From: Takakia lepidozioides | Lineage: Eukaryota > Plantae > Bryophyta | Assembly (NCBI GenBank): GCA_030704615.1 | Contig: CM060731.1 | Span: 35,774,001-35,838,000, forward strand | Reading direction: 5' to 3' | DNA: 64,000 bases | Part shown: positions 24,540-37,285 of the stretch, piece by piece | Layout: every line of letters begins with the position of its first letter | How positions within the stretch are numbered: position 1 is the stretch's first letter | Notes under the pieces: generated by a model | What the model was told of the DNA's origin: nothing | Database searches by the model: none | The model's input: the letters and a program-made list of their open reading frames with translations, nothing else | Translations under genes and position numbers: made by a program

Positions 24540-27500
24540 ATGGCAGAAAACCCGAGCGCTATAGTGTATTGCCCTCCTCACAAGCATATAGCTACATTTC
24601 CGTGCAGAGGGGAGATCTGCCGGGTGATGGAGAAATATCTCTGCGTTCGATACCACTTGAAACCGGGGTCGGTATTTTTGGAGGAGGAGATGGAGGATTC
24701 AAAAGGAGTTGTAGTCGAAAGTATTGTTGTGCTCCACGATGATTTCGGCGACGGCAGGGAATGGCGAGTTCCACCATCGGACAGCGTCATATACAGGGCT
24801 GTTGGGGACTTCATTTTCCCGCCAAATGCGCCTTCTATCCTGGCGCCTTCCACGAAACAATCCGCGAATGAGAGAGTGGGTACCTCAAAGAGAGAAGTCC
24901 GCAACGAAGTAAATCCAGAGCCGAACCCATCAATGAAGACGAGCGAGAACCGGGTTGTTCACAACCTGTCCGACTCCGACGAGGTCATGGAAGTTCCGAG
25001 ATCATCTTGGAGATCAGGCAAGTCTTCAATGGACATCAGCGGACGAGGGAGTCATATTCCCAGCACGAACACAGCAGTTCGATCCATTCTTGAAATTCTG
25101 CGACAACGCTCGGAGCTGGCTGGGTTGGACTACAGCAAGTTAGCCATTAAATCCGTTACATGCCTTCCCGTAGACGTCGACGGTAATATGTTCTTTGAGT
25201 TTCCTCCTCGAACGGACTATTCGAGGGCGTCCGGAATATTGACAGATATGGATAGGAAACATGACGGTCATCCTTGGTGCGTCACCAAAACCACCAGCAT
25301 GATGATGATCGATGGTGTGCGGGTGCACTACGTTGTTTGTGCGGGCGCGTTGCGGTATTTCTCCCCAACTTGCTTCCACTTTAAATCCAGAGGTCATCGG
25401 AACGAAACGGATTGGACAGGCACAGCTCATCAACCATTTCGAGCTCAGGAGAAGGTTCCAAACTCCACATTTAAGTGTGCGCATTGCAAAGAACCACCAC
25501 ATTGCATGTCTGTTTGTAATGCCAAGCAGTTCTATGTGTTGCACCGTTTCCCTGACCTCACACGAGCTTGCATACACGTTGGTTCCCATTGTCACAAATT
25601 GGCGAGGGGGAAATCGCGGGAGGCTGCCCACGAGGTAGAGCAGCTCGTTCAGGAGGAGGTTAGGTTGAGACCTGGTGCCAAACCCAAACAGATACAGCTG
25701 CAGGCCGCCCATAAGATGGCATTGGCCAGAATTATGTCGGAAGACGGCTCCGACAGAGTTCCTCTCGATGAGAAGGAAATGGAGGCATTGCTGGTCCCAT
25801 GTCTATTCACCGAATGTCCAAAACCACATTGTCTCCTGCAAACAGAAAATTGGGCGTGGCTCGGATATGCATTCCATTCTGGAGGTGAAGCGACGATGTG
25901 GATATGACTACATTCATGGAAGTAGGTTTCCTGGACAAAGGACTGAGGCAAATCATTGTTTCGTATTCAAAATGTCCACGTGTGGGCCTGGCAGCGGCGT
26001 CGAACTGGTCGACCGGATGACGAGTGGGGACTTGTCAAACAGTTGGGTCATGTTCGACCATATCAAGCGAATTACAAATCACCAGTGGGTGACAATGGTT
26101 GCACATGTCTACGATACCCACTGCAGGATGCTAATGACAATTGCTATTTGTGAGATGAAAAGAGAGGACACACAATCGGAGATGCTTCTTTGGCAGGGAA
26201 TAAACGAACAGATGGCCAGGGCAGGATTGCCCCCTCCCAATTTCCGTGGTTTCATGGCGGACAACGCACAAGCAAATTGGGCTGCCATCCGAAGGGTGTA
26301 CGGGGAAGACCCCAATGTTCCGATGGAAGGCAATGAGAGATCTTGTGGGTTCCATTTTCTGCAGAGCTTGTCGCAGTACACAACCCGGCTCGTGGCGCCA
26401 GATTTCAGAGAGGAGCACCGTTTCATGTGTCTTGCGTGGAAGCGTGCTCCCACCTTGGATGATGCAGAGACACAATTTGCATATATACAGGCTTGGTGGA
26501 CAATGTCAGGTGCTGTAAAGAAATCAGACGAGGAAACAATGGTCAGTTGGCTAGCATGGTGGCATTATCGTTTCCTCCATTTCGGCGACTATATGCGGGA
26601 GGTGAGTTGGATGAATTCATGTCCCGTTGAATATTATGCTACTCGTTATTTGTAACTTGCTTGTAACCTCAACATGTGCATGTGCAGGAAATGTGTCTGG
26701 ACTCCGACACCGACATGCCGACAACAAACATGGCCGAATCAGTATATTCTTCCTGGCATGCCTCTTCTGTGGCGCATCTGGTGGACATCCTCACTGCCAC
26801 AATGGAGGACATTGTTAGGTCAATTATGCAGCAATGCAGGTACAACGAGTTCTTGAAAGGGAAACAGTGGGGCTTGGGGCCGAACAGGAAGGAAATGCTG
26901 ATGCGGACTGCCTCCAGATCGAAGAATCCTCGCAAGTGGGCGGCAACCTTGCGAGAGGGCCTTCGGGACATGCCATTGCTTCGAAGAGGCCAACACTTGG
27001 AAGGAGATGTTCACACCCGTCCAGTGAGACGAAGACTTGACGAGGCACCTAACGGAGAAGAGGATTCATGGCGAGCTGACAAGAATATTCGCACGCTCCC
27101 TCGTGGTCCCGTGATGTTGCCCGAGGAGGTCTCGTCGAGCACCGCAAGTCCTGCACGTTCAAGATCGCCATCTCTTTTGAGCACAGGGCACGTGCCCAAG
27201 GAACATAACGAGCCATCTGTAGTAACGCAGTACAACATACCCATTGTGGAGACAAGAGTGTCGGAGTCACAAATGGAGAATTGCAAGGACATTGCCAGTA
27301 TTTCGAGGGAAGTACTGCGCCATCCGGGTGGATACGAGAGCACGTTGTGGTGAGATGATTCGGAGGAACCCACATGGTGTTGTACCTGCACCTTGTTTCA
27401 GCAGCAGATTTTTGACTCCCACATTCTCTCACGCCACAACGCAGACGTTTTGGTTCTGTAGGCACGACATAATGACCTGTGTATTTGTCAAGCCCAAGTA

Positions 27501-28101
27501 CAGGATTCAGGGAATGCCGGAGCCTCCGGGCGTCTGGCCTGTTGCACCGGGTTGCAACCTCTCTCAGAATGAGGCGGATGCTCTTTCTGCAGCAGGATTT
27601 CGAATGGTGCAACGCACAGACGTCCCAGCCCACTCGTTTCCAGTTCCTCAGACCCAGCCATTGCAGACTGTTCGGTCCAGTAGAGACGGATTGGACAATT
27701 CTGCACATCCCACAATGCGATTTGGAAGAGTGAAGAGACGACACCCTCCCAACAAGTTGAATGAGACTCAGATTGCCAATGCTCTTGGGATGGCTTGCAC
27801 TATTCAGAGCTCCGTGGACGTACCCCCACCCGGCCTTGGGCGTGTTTATCGGATGGCAACAGCCAGTGTACGCGACGACGTATACACAATTACAATTGGA
27901 ATGGAGCCGACTTGCAATTGTACGGACTTCTTGTTGATGGAAGCAAAGAAGGGGTCAAAGTATTATCCGTGCAAGCATCTGTATTACATTTACCTAAAGA
28001 GGTTGAGGATGAACTTGACTATTGATGACTTTATTCATGCACCAGCGTTGAGCGTGAACGAGCTGCACAAACTCCTCCGCCGGGATTCCAGAAATCATTG
28101 A
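24540..28101 (+). pseudogene. Mutator-like (MULE) transposase: GCM-like Zn DNA-binding domain, DDE core, C-terminal SWIM finger; two frameshifts
   Basis: GCM-like region HDGHPWCVTKT...CAGALRY...C...KCAHC...C...ACIHVGSHCH. Core WVMFDHIKR...FMADNAQAN...CGFH...TTNMAES. SWIM CNCTDF...YPCKHLY. Intron 26602-26687 (GT..AG). Frameshifts near 25790 and 27265. Confidence 0.85.
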
Positions 28102-28444
28102 TGGGGAAAAGGGAATCCACCATATGGATATTTGCAATTGCATTTTGATGCATTAGACATTGTTTTGCAGTGTAATGAATTGCACCCCAAAACTCCTGGA
28201 ATGAGACAGACAATATTAAAGTGATGTCTTTTAAACACTATGGACTGCTGGATATCCGTTGACGTCCAGTGGCAATTCAATGTCGAAACAGAATCAATAG
28301 AAAGATGGCGGCAGGAAAAATTTGCAAATCTTCTAGAAAACTAAGTTCCAACAGTTGCAGTTGAGGGGGCCATTTCTGGAAAAATGGCACCGAATTTCCC
28401 TATTTTTGGCCGAAAACTGGGTAAGTCCCAACACGACGACGCAA

Positions 28445-28580
28445 TGGCGTGAGCGTACGCTCACGCAGGAGTGACGTGGCGTGAGCGTGCACCCACGCTG
28501 ACGTGGCGTGAGCGTCATGTCAGCATGCTGATGTGGCGGCAAATAGTGACGTGGCACTGTCCGTCATCTGCCACGTCAGC
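28445..28580. repeat. Short tandem and inverted TGACGTGGC(GTGAGCG) repeats, possibly subterminal
   Basis: GGCGTGAGCG occurs three times and TGACGTGGC three times, with an inverted GCCACGTCA at about 28570-28578. Confidence 0.6.
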
Positions 28581-29022
28581 ATTAACATGCGCTGCCTATA
28601 CCGAGGATGGTCCTATGACCATGGAATTAATGCAGGGAATCTTGTCTAAATAGAATCAAGACTACCATGAGGCCTACAATTGTAGCATCCAACATTGTGC
28701 AATTACAAATGCTTGTTTCACTTTTACAATTACGAGGACGAGAAAATATCCTCACAAAGTGTGCGCCATAGAGGCTGCCACGGGAAGACCTTCCTCCCTC
28801 CTCAAATAACAATGAGAGTTAGGATCATCTTCAAAAGATGATTGTAGTGCATAGCGACAGTAAGACATGTAGACTTCGAACGGTGCAATGACAAATGTGC
28901 TTTTAAAAGTTGTCACTCAGAGCTCACTCGGTATAGTTGGAGGCCATATCATTGCACCGCCGACGAATTGATGTACACATTTCAAATCATGGTCGTCCAC
29001 ATACCACATTGCATAGTTGATG

Positions 29023-29730
29023 CTACCCATGTGTTGTATCCCGCTGCAATAGAGTATCGACCTCGTTGAAACTCCTAGTGGCCTGGTGAATGAAGCTGTC
29101 ACGTTTGGGATCGCAAACCATCTTCTTCAAAAATATGAAATACAAATGTTTGCAGGGTATGAATTTACCTCTCTTGCCCAAACTGGTTGATAGCATATTC
29201 ACAAAATCAGGACATGTGCAATTGGGGAAATTGGAAACCGTGATGTCGTAGGTCCTGTCATGAACAACAGATGTGGAAGTGATGATTGTGAATACCCGAC
29301 CATATCCTGGAACGGGTACTTCCGTGGTGCTTCCAACACGAGCTTGGAGCATTCTTGCGGACTCCACTTTGCCAAAGTGTTTAGCGGTTGGAGGGAAACG
29401 CCGAACGAGCTTTCCATCTCGTTTGGTTGGCCACAACAGGATTTGCCGGGGGGACTCGGGAGGACGCAGAAGTAGTAGCACATGCATGGAGTTGGGGTTG
29501 TTTCGCAAGGGAAAAGTCTGCCTCCTCCAGCATTTCAATCTCCTGAAATCTGAGATGTATTCCCACCTTCACGGGCCAAATGGTTGGAGGAGATGGCTTC
29601 ATCACTACGGAAAGACACATAGTTCCATGCACACATCTGGCACAATCATCTACGCAGAACCAGAACTGGAGCTGAATCTCTCCTCCCCTTCAAGATGTTG
29701 AACTCTAGAAACAAGTGGCGTTCCCTGGGC
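29023..29730 (-). pseudogene. C-terminal (SWIM) fragment of a second, diverged MULE transposase of the same family
   Basis: QHLEGE, WPVKVG...EIEMLEEADF, VPVPGYGRVF, YDITVSNFPNCTCPDF, PCKHLYFIFLK and FIHQATRSFNEV align by eye with QHLEGD, WPVAPG...EADALSAAGF, VPPPGLGRVY, YTITIGMEPTCNCTDF, PCKHLYYIYLK and FIHAPALSVNEL of 26990-28101. It has an internal deletion and a frameshift. Confidence 0.85.
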
Positions 29731-30639
29731 ATACATGCACATATGACCGTGGATTTGGGCGAATGAATGACTAGTCCTAGCAAGGGGCAATGAGGCCCAT
29801 GTCATTGTCATCAAAGCTGGACTGCCACCAGATATTACTCATCTCCCCCCCCCCAAGCTGCTGGGGCATTTGGGCTCTCCCTATTTCAAACAACCTCACA
29901 TCAATATTACTCTCTACTCTCCATGATTTTACACCAAGATTTTTACTCCATGTTTTTACTCAATGTCTCTCACAGGCACCATTTCAATGTTCATTGTTTC
30001 TTAGACGATTACCATCCATCATCTACCCGTCATCGCATCTTAAACGATTATCATCCATCCTCTTTTCGCCATCATTCCCTAGATAATTATCATCCATCTT
30101 CTACTAATCATGGTTTCCTAGGCGTTTATCATCCATTCTTTCCCGCCGTCGTTTCCTAGATAGATCAGACAAAATAAAGAAAACAAAACGACAAAAGTTA
30201 AATTAAAAATAAAATAAAATATTGAGTAAAACAACAACCGGCTAGTCACGCAATGGCGTCCGCGTGTTTCCAGTACAGCGCATTATCACCTACCTCCCTT
30301 TCCTCCGAGCTCTTCACTCCAAGGGGCATCGTCGTATGCTCGACATTAATTGCCCGGTGTACTTTTCGGGGTACATTATGGAAGGATCTGTCACCCGTAC
30401 ATTTTTGGCCAAAGCCTCGGTCTCCAAGGGATTTTCAAAAGTCTTTTTGGCTCCACCCTAAAAGTCTAAGTAGAAGATTTCCTTAAAATACTATATTGAA
30501 ATAAGGTAAGCACACATTCAACTATATTTTCTAAAATACTTTTAACATATTCTGCATAAGAAGGAAAAATATTATTTATTTATTTATAAAGGCGGGGAAA
30601 GAGGCTCTGATATTACAAAACTGATCTTCAGATTTACTA

Positions 30640-30900
30640 GTTATTAAAATATTGAGATGCTTGTTGAAATATTAACTGAAATACTAAAATACTTGTTGAA
30701 GAACTAGCTGAAATAACAAATACTTGCTTGAAATCTCGCTGAATACTGAAATACTCGCTAAAATTCTGGCTGAAAATCTAGCTGAATTACTCAAAATCTC
30801 GCTGAAAATCTCGCTGAAAATCTGACTGATATAACTTGATGAGAATCTTGATTGAGATATTGAAATACTAAAATTTTGATGCACTGAAATAATGTAGGCA
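30640..30900. repeat. AT-rich low-complexity tandem (CTGAAAATCT/CTGAAATACT-like)
   Basis: Repeated GCTGAAAATCTC / TGAAATACT units. Confidence 0.6.
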
Positions 30901-33199
30901 TTTGAATCTGCGTGTGGCTAAGCCTCCTCAGATCAAAGGTACTACATTCTTTGGAGAGTGAGCTTTCATCAACTGAAATTTGATGGTAAATGAGACAAAG
31001 TCCACAAAAAATCCATTTAACTTGACTACATATCTCGAGCACCACCATATTGATACTCTGCAAGTCAAGCATCCAAGCCTTAAATGCCATACAACTATTG
31101 TTTGCAATGCAAAGACTAGTGACCTTTTTGACGTACCAACACATATCATAAGGAACCAACTTAATATATATATAGACATACCCCAAACCAGAGCTGATAG
31201 GAATGCAGAAGAAAAGGTCAATAGTTGCTAATGAGTAGCCCAGTGAGGTTCTTGGGAAATGAAAAAACTGACAGGAAAGGGAAGGCCTACGAGCATGATA
31301 CTCTCCCCCCCTCCAACTTTCTGGTTGTTGAATATTCAGCTGAGGCTTAACCACTCTATGTAAACAATGGCAGAGACATACCATTGAGAGCTGAGATCAG
31401 TATGACACTGCTCTCCACCAGGGTATGAAACTACCAACCATTAGAAGCTCATGGGCAGAAGATAGACACAGAGGACAGTATGTGGGAATACTGTTTATCT
31501 CAAGAGTTGGTTATTTTACCTGAGAGTTGTGAACGAAGCTTGTTCCTCTTAGCTTTGGCCTCCATGCATTGCCACTTTATCTGGATGTCGTAGCAAAGTT
31601 TCAGGTTCAAACTACAATGGATCCACAAACATTCAATGGGGAGAAAAAGAGAGAAGGTTACCAAAGAACAAATCATCAGCACATTCCAAATGTTGTATTA
31701 AGCAGCCAAGGTTAACGGCAAAGATGCAGATTGCAAAGATAGTCAGTGTGACTCATCGTAAAAGAAATGAAAACAATGTTTTAAACTTGTAGCTTAATGA
31801 CCACTAAAGATAACATGTTTTCCATTTTAAAATTGATAGACTACTGCACCTGCAACATACGGGCATAGATTATTACAAATTAATAAGGTGGCCTGCTGTT
31901 TGAGTAGTGTCCTGGTTGAGGGCTACCAGTATTGAAGATACTGCCAAAGACAGTCACTTTAGTATTGCTGAACAACCTTTTCAGCCTAAGTCTCAGCAAT
32001 TACAAAACTGCCAAGGAATTATCTGGCTTCTCTTTACAAATTTTCCATCCAGGTGTAAATGTAGGTTCTTGATGCAGACATACCTTTTCCAGATGACGCT
32101 CGAGCTGCATGAGAACATTTTTAGGGACTTCCTAAAACATTACAAACCAAAAACCCCAAACACAACAAGCAAAGAGACACCAACCCTAGCAAGACCACTA
32201 AACAAAGAAACACACAAGTTGCACTAAGAGGCTACTCAGGTGAAGGAAAAAAGACAAAAACAACTGACAGCAAGACAGATCTTTGCTTGTCTCCCTCTAT
32301 CACACACAGCCATATATGCAATGTACAGAGAGGAATGGGTATCCGCATGTGTCCCAGCTAGTGTTAAGTGAAACCAACGAAGTCTTCATGAAACCTTCAG
32401 TGAAATCCTAGTGGACTGACCTGGTGGCATCAAATCCTCCCAAATAGCAGTACATAGAAGCACTGATCCCTCCATCTCGCCTTGTTGCAAATGAGAGATT
32501 TGATTTAAATCTCAAAACCTAAGATTACCATTTGCAGTCAGTTTGACAAAAGGAGCGCGGAAGAGAATAGGGAAGGGGAAGAGAATGGGGAAGATAAGGG
32601 CGGCCGTGACAGCATGCCCTCATGATGCAGTCTCGTCCCTGCGAGGATAAATCGCACCAATTCCTCCACGCCCAGATTCCAACGGCAGAACGATGAAGGC
32701 AAGAACAAGAAAGCAGGGAAGAACAAGCGACCGGCTTTCACCGGTCTCCAGCCATTTACCGGTGGCTGTTACTGATTAAAAATATATTTAACAAAAACCA
32801 AAGAAAAAACAAATTTATATTTTGATGTTCATTAATAGCAATAGCAATGTTAACTAGTGGAGGTATATCTGTCATGTTTGGGTGTTTTCCAGTGAAGGTA
32901 TATCAGGATCATCCATTTTTGCAACATTGATGCGTGGTCTCCTCTTGAGGGAGGAGCCAATAAAATCCAGGATGACCGCTGTGACAACGGTCTCCCGGGA
33001 AAGAGCTCATTAGCAAAAAATGCCATAAATCTATCAAAACATAAGTCATACCCTATTGCCAAGGCTTTGATTAGTATGGCCTCTTCAAAGATAGAGCTAA
33101 CATATATGCACAATGCATCAAACCTAGTAACGTATTCAAAACCAAACTATAAATCACTGTCACTTTGACTGGTAATCGTAGGCCATATACACTTTCCCT

Positions 33200-36100
33200 G
33201 GCATGGAGTTCTTAGTCACTGCATCCAGAGACACCCACCCAACAAAGGCAAAAACATGGAAACACATAATTTTACAGCAGTCACAATACGATATCATGTT
33301 GGGCTGTGATGTTGACAAAACACTAGTTATCCAAATAAATTGTTGTATTTCCACACTCCATGTTGGGAAACAGGAATGGAAAAATCTGGGCTCCTCGTAT
33401 TGTGGTGGTCTCCCAAATACCTGATCAATACCTCTTTTTTCTTCCTGACATTGGCAACTCCTTTGGTTACTATCTTGGATGTCTGGCGGTTTTTGACCCA
33501 GACATGCCCATGGAGGAGTTAAGGAAAGATCCTGCATGGAGGGATGCTACTATTGCTTCCAAAGCCAAAAAGAATGGAGCTCCGAAAATCGTCATACTCA
33601 TGCCAAACGGGGACTCCATTCCGCAATATGTTTAGTTGCCAATTGACAACAAGGGGAACTTCTTCACAATCAAGCTCATGGAAGACTACTCAAGCTCAGC
33701 TTGCTTCAATCATGGGCAGCAGGAGCACATGAAACTACAATGCCCTCTTGGAAAAAGAAAAAGACACTCTCCTAAGAAGCAAGTTACCCCCCCTCTCGTG
33801 GGCGCATCATCTCCAACAAAAGAGGCTTATATGGATAACTATCTTCACCAGCAGACTCTCCCACCACATCTTACTCACTCACATCCTACACAGGTGCCAG
33901 GCACCCGACAATGGGTAGAGGCATCTTTCGCCACTCCTGCCTCCCAAGTAACCAAGAAAGTTAGACGGCCCATGTTCACTGAAGTGGAAGTAAACCAGGC
34001 TCCAGCCGCAATGCTCTCCCCATGCCAGCAGCGAGCAAATTATCAGTTGCAAAAAAAAAACCCTGGCATCACACTCAGCCAGCCTACTTCCAGATGACAG
34101 GCACCTCTCCATGGTGCAGGGCCCACCCCTCATGGACTGGCTGCATTACTTTTCACGCCACCCTACGCCCACCTCAGATGCAAGATGGCTCCAAGCACGA
34201 CACCCTCTTATTCTTGCAAACACACATTCAACCTCCCAGCACTGGACACAATCTACCAATGCGCTCAATTGATTTTCAGGATTCACAGGTAGACATTGGG
34301 ATTGCTCTGAATCCGGTCTTGGCTGATATATGCCTCAGGCTCTGCACCTTCCCCAATCTCAAACTAAAGGGGTGCTCACAGATCACAACTCACGATGGAC
34401 TGCAAGCATCATGTGTTACGCCACTAATATACTGGAGAGAAAAACATCAACAATTTCTACTCACCTCACCTGAGAGAGAAGGAATGGAGTCCTCTGGATA
34501 ACTACCAAGGACGGCAAAGAATTTGTAACCAAAAACCTCATGGACAACAGCCCGGTTCCAACACTCAGGAAGAAGATAGCGGACTACTTTTCAACACATC
34601 TACCACAATTCTCACTGTTAGGCAGCACCTCCATCGCATGGGGTTCTTACGCGGAAGCTTACCCAGGTATCAGTGATGGCCCATCTACCCAAATCTTGGC
34701 TCTCATAAATGCTGAAAAAATCTGCAATGGCCCAGCATGCTCCAATGAGCTTTGGGTCAGGGATGCGGAGGACTCTGCTCCGTGGTGCACCAAACAGGCC
34801 CAAGTCAGAGCAAAAGACACCCTGTTTAGTGGATTCCAGATTCTTCAGGCCATTCTGGAAAAGGAAGTGGCTGTAAAACAGCAGAGGGCATCCATGAGAG
34901 AGGTGGGAGATGTTTCCTCCGACTCCAGTGACATACCATATGCACCCCTCTCTCTGCAAAAATCTATGGACAACGACACTGTTGGAGCGGCCAATCCAGA
35001 AGCCATGCTAGAGGAGTTGTTGGACGCGCTCCCAGCTGAAGAAGATCGGGAGCCCTCTCAATCGCGGACTCCCCCTGCCAAACCACTGGCTCCCCACTGT
35101 GAGGTACTTCTATTACCAACCATTGTCATAGTGCTTTGCTAACATGGTCAGGACCCCTAGCGTTGCTAGATGCTATGTCTCAAAGGAAGCAATCAAAAGC
35201 AAAAAGCACGTAAACTTCTCCCGGTGTGGGGGTGGCCACAAGTAGACCTGCAAGAATGGTTATCTCAATTCCCTAATTTGAGTGGCCCCCCTCCCCAACA
35301 CATATTTGATCACCTGGGGTTGGGCTTACAAGCTCAGGCAATGTCCAAGATTTCAATCCAATGGTTGCCATCATCAAGGTTCCAGCCAATTCCAGCCTCC
35401 CCCATTGGGGGCCTCAGATCCATTGGTATCCTCATCGAATTACCAAACTGCTCAACAAAGGCGCCAGAAGGAACGTCTTGGATCAAAGCCCTCAAACCAA
35501 AAGATAGGAGAGCCAATATCATCCTCACTTTCATCGTCTGCCCAGTGGGCAGATTCCTGGCCAAACTCAAAGCCACTACCAAGGAATGTAAATCGATCAG
35601 CAAACAACTAGCCATTGAACGCAGCAGAAAGCGCACAGCCGTAACCAAGTGCCTTACAACATGCCAAAAAATTCTTGAAACTGATCAATCTGATCCTTTG
35701 GTTTTTCGGACATACCTGGAAGCGAGGGCAAACCTGGATAGCCATGAAAAGCACTTGGAAGCCAAATATAAAATCCAAGCAGGGATTAACTGGTCAACAA
35801 AAGGCGAAAAAAATGTCAAAGTATTTTTTTGACAAAATCCAAATCCGTAGGGACAAACAACCCATCCCAGAGCTTAATGACAGCCTCGGTATAACGCAAA
35901 CAGACCCCAGGAAGATAGTAGGTGTGGCGAATCAGCATTTCTCCGAGCTTTTCAAGCAGAGACATCAGACCCCTTCCATAGAAGAGGCCATAGCACAATG
36001 TGTTCATTCCCATCAGACTGTCAAGATTGATGGCCACAAGGTGGCTTCGCTGGATGGGCTCTTCACTCAAACTGAATTACTAAGCGCTATGGAATGCCCG

Positions 36101-37258
36101 TCGAGTTCTACAAGCTCATGTGGCAATACATCGCAACTGACTTTTGCGACATGGCCATCGCCATCAAGGCATCCAGAGTCATACCCAAAGAGATGGCTCA
36201 GGGGTCATTGTTCTTCTCTTTAAGAAGGGTGACCGCAAATCCATAGGGAATTATAGACCTATCACCCTTCTGAATGTCTCGTACAAGATCATTGCAAAAG
36301 CCTTAGCCTTGAGGCTTCAGCCTATGCTGCCCACCCTCATCAGACCAAGCCAAACTGGTTACATAAAAGGTAGATTCATCCTGGACAACATTCTCCTGGC
36401 TCATGAAACCCAATCTTTTGCAAAGGACCACAATCTCGCAATTGCCTTGTTGCTTATGGACTTTGAGAAGGCCTTTGACAAAGTAGAGTGGCCCCTTCTA
36501 CTAGCCACAATGGAAAAGGTAGGTCTATCCTCTGACTTCTACGAATGGGTGTCCATCCTTCTAGGAAATGCCATCAGCAAAGTGCTGGCTAATGGGTACT
36601 TTTCCTCCCCGTTCCAATTGCAGCGCTCTTTGCATCAAGGTTGCCCACTGACACCATTTTTATTTCTCATAGTTGCGGACTCTCTAGGGCATTTGTTGGC
36701 AAACGATGCAGGATCTCTAGCCTCTCCATTCCTCACTCCATGCAAGGGGGTTTACACATTAAATCCTCTATGTTTGTCAATGACACTCTGCTGTACCTCA
36801 AAGCAAGCCCATGCAACCTAACGCGAGCAACATTAGCGTTGCAAACCTTTGCCAAGCCTCGGGCTTCAATGTGAACTGGAACAAAACTGTAGCCTTGTTG
36901 GTTGGTGACAAGCCTAAATCTGAGATTGGTGAAGACCTACTTGCGGGCAAGAGTTAGGCCTCCGTTGATTGAAAGAGGGTGAAAGCACCAAGCTCCTGGG
37001 GTTCCCCTTTGGTCTAAACCTATCGGAAGAGCTCAGAATATGCCCTATCACTGCCAAATTGAAACGCAAATTGGTGTTCTGGGGCTCTGGACACTTGACA
37101 CTCACTGGCAGGGCATTGGTGGCCAACCAAATACTCTTGGCCAACATTTGGTATTTTGCTTCTCTTTGGAGTCCAAGCCAATCCTACATGCAAGAGATCA
37201 AAAAAATCATTCATAACTTTGTTTGGGGGGGCAAGCTGATCCATATCTCAGTATGTTA
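33200..37258 (+). mobile_element. Decayed L1-like LINE (ORF1 with zinc knuckle; ORF2 reverse transcriptase), 3'-truncated
   Basis: ORF1 knuckle remnant CFNHGQQEHMKLQCP (~33700-33745). ORF2 WSTKGEKN..YFF. RT motifs KKGDRKSIGNYRPITLLNVSYKIIAK, QTGYIKGR, DFEKAFDKVEW, QGCPLTPFLF, FVNDT (FADD-like), KLLGFP, GRALVANQIL. Many frameshifts; the endonuclease is largely missing. Confidence 0.9.
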
Positions 37259-37285
37259 GGCCAGCCATCTCCTGGGCTCAAATTT

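Larger units (their letters stand above)
14880..28620. mobile_element. Putative Mutator-like element without obvious TIRs, carrying a transposase, a ParB-MTase accessory gene and palindrome arrays (boundaries approximate)
   Basis: A divergent gene pair is linked by one shared motif: GGAAA.....GGCGCCGAATTTCC occurs in the accessory-gene intron, between the two genes, and 3' of the transposase (about 28378-28400). TGACGTGGC repeats at 28472-28580 and CATGAGCGG/GGAAATAGGG repeats at 14891-14982 may mark the ends. No TIR or TSD was identified. Confidence 0.6.

Noticed and set aside
14880-28620. Terminal inverted repeats or a TSD for the MULE unit
   Set aside because: Comparing 14860-14990 with 28330-28650 by eye gave no convincing inverted match, so the boundaries remain approximate.
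29790-33150. Possible host gene between the MULE fragment and the LINE
   Set aside because: Only short ORFs with no recognisable motifs or consistent exon chain were found. A decayed gene cannot be excluded.
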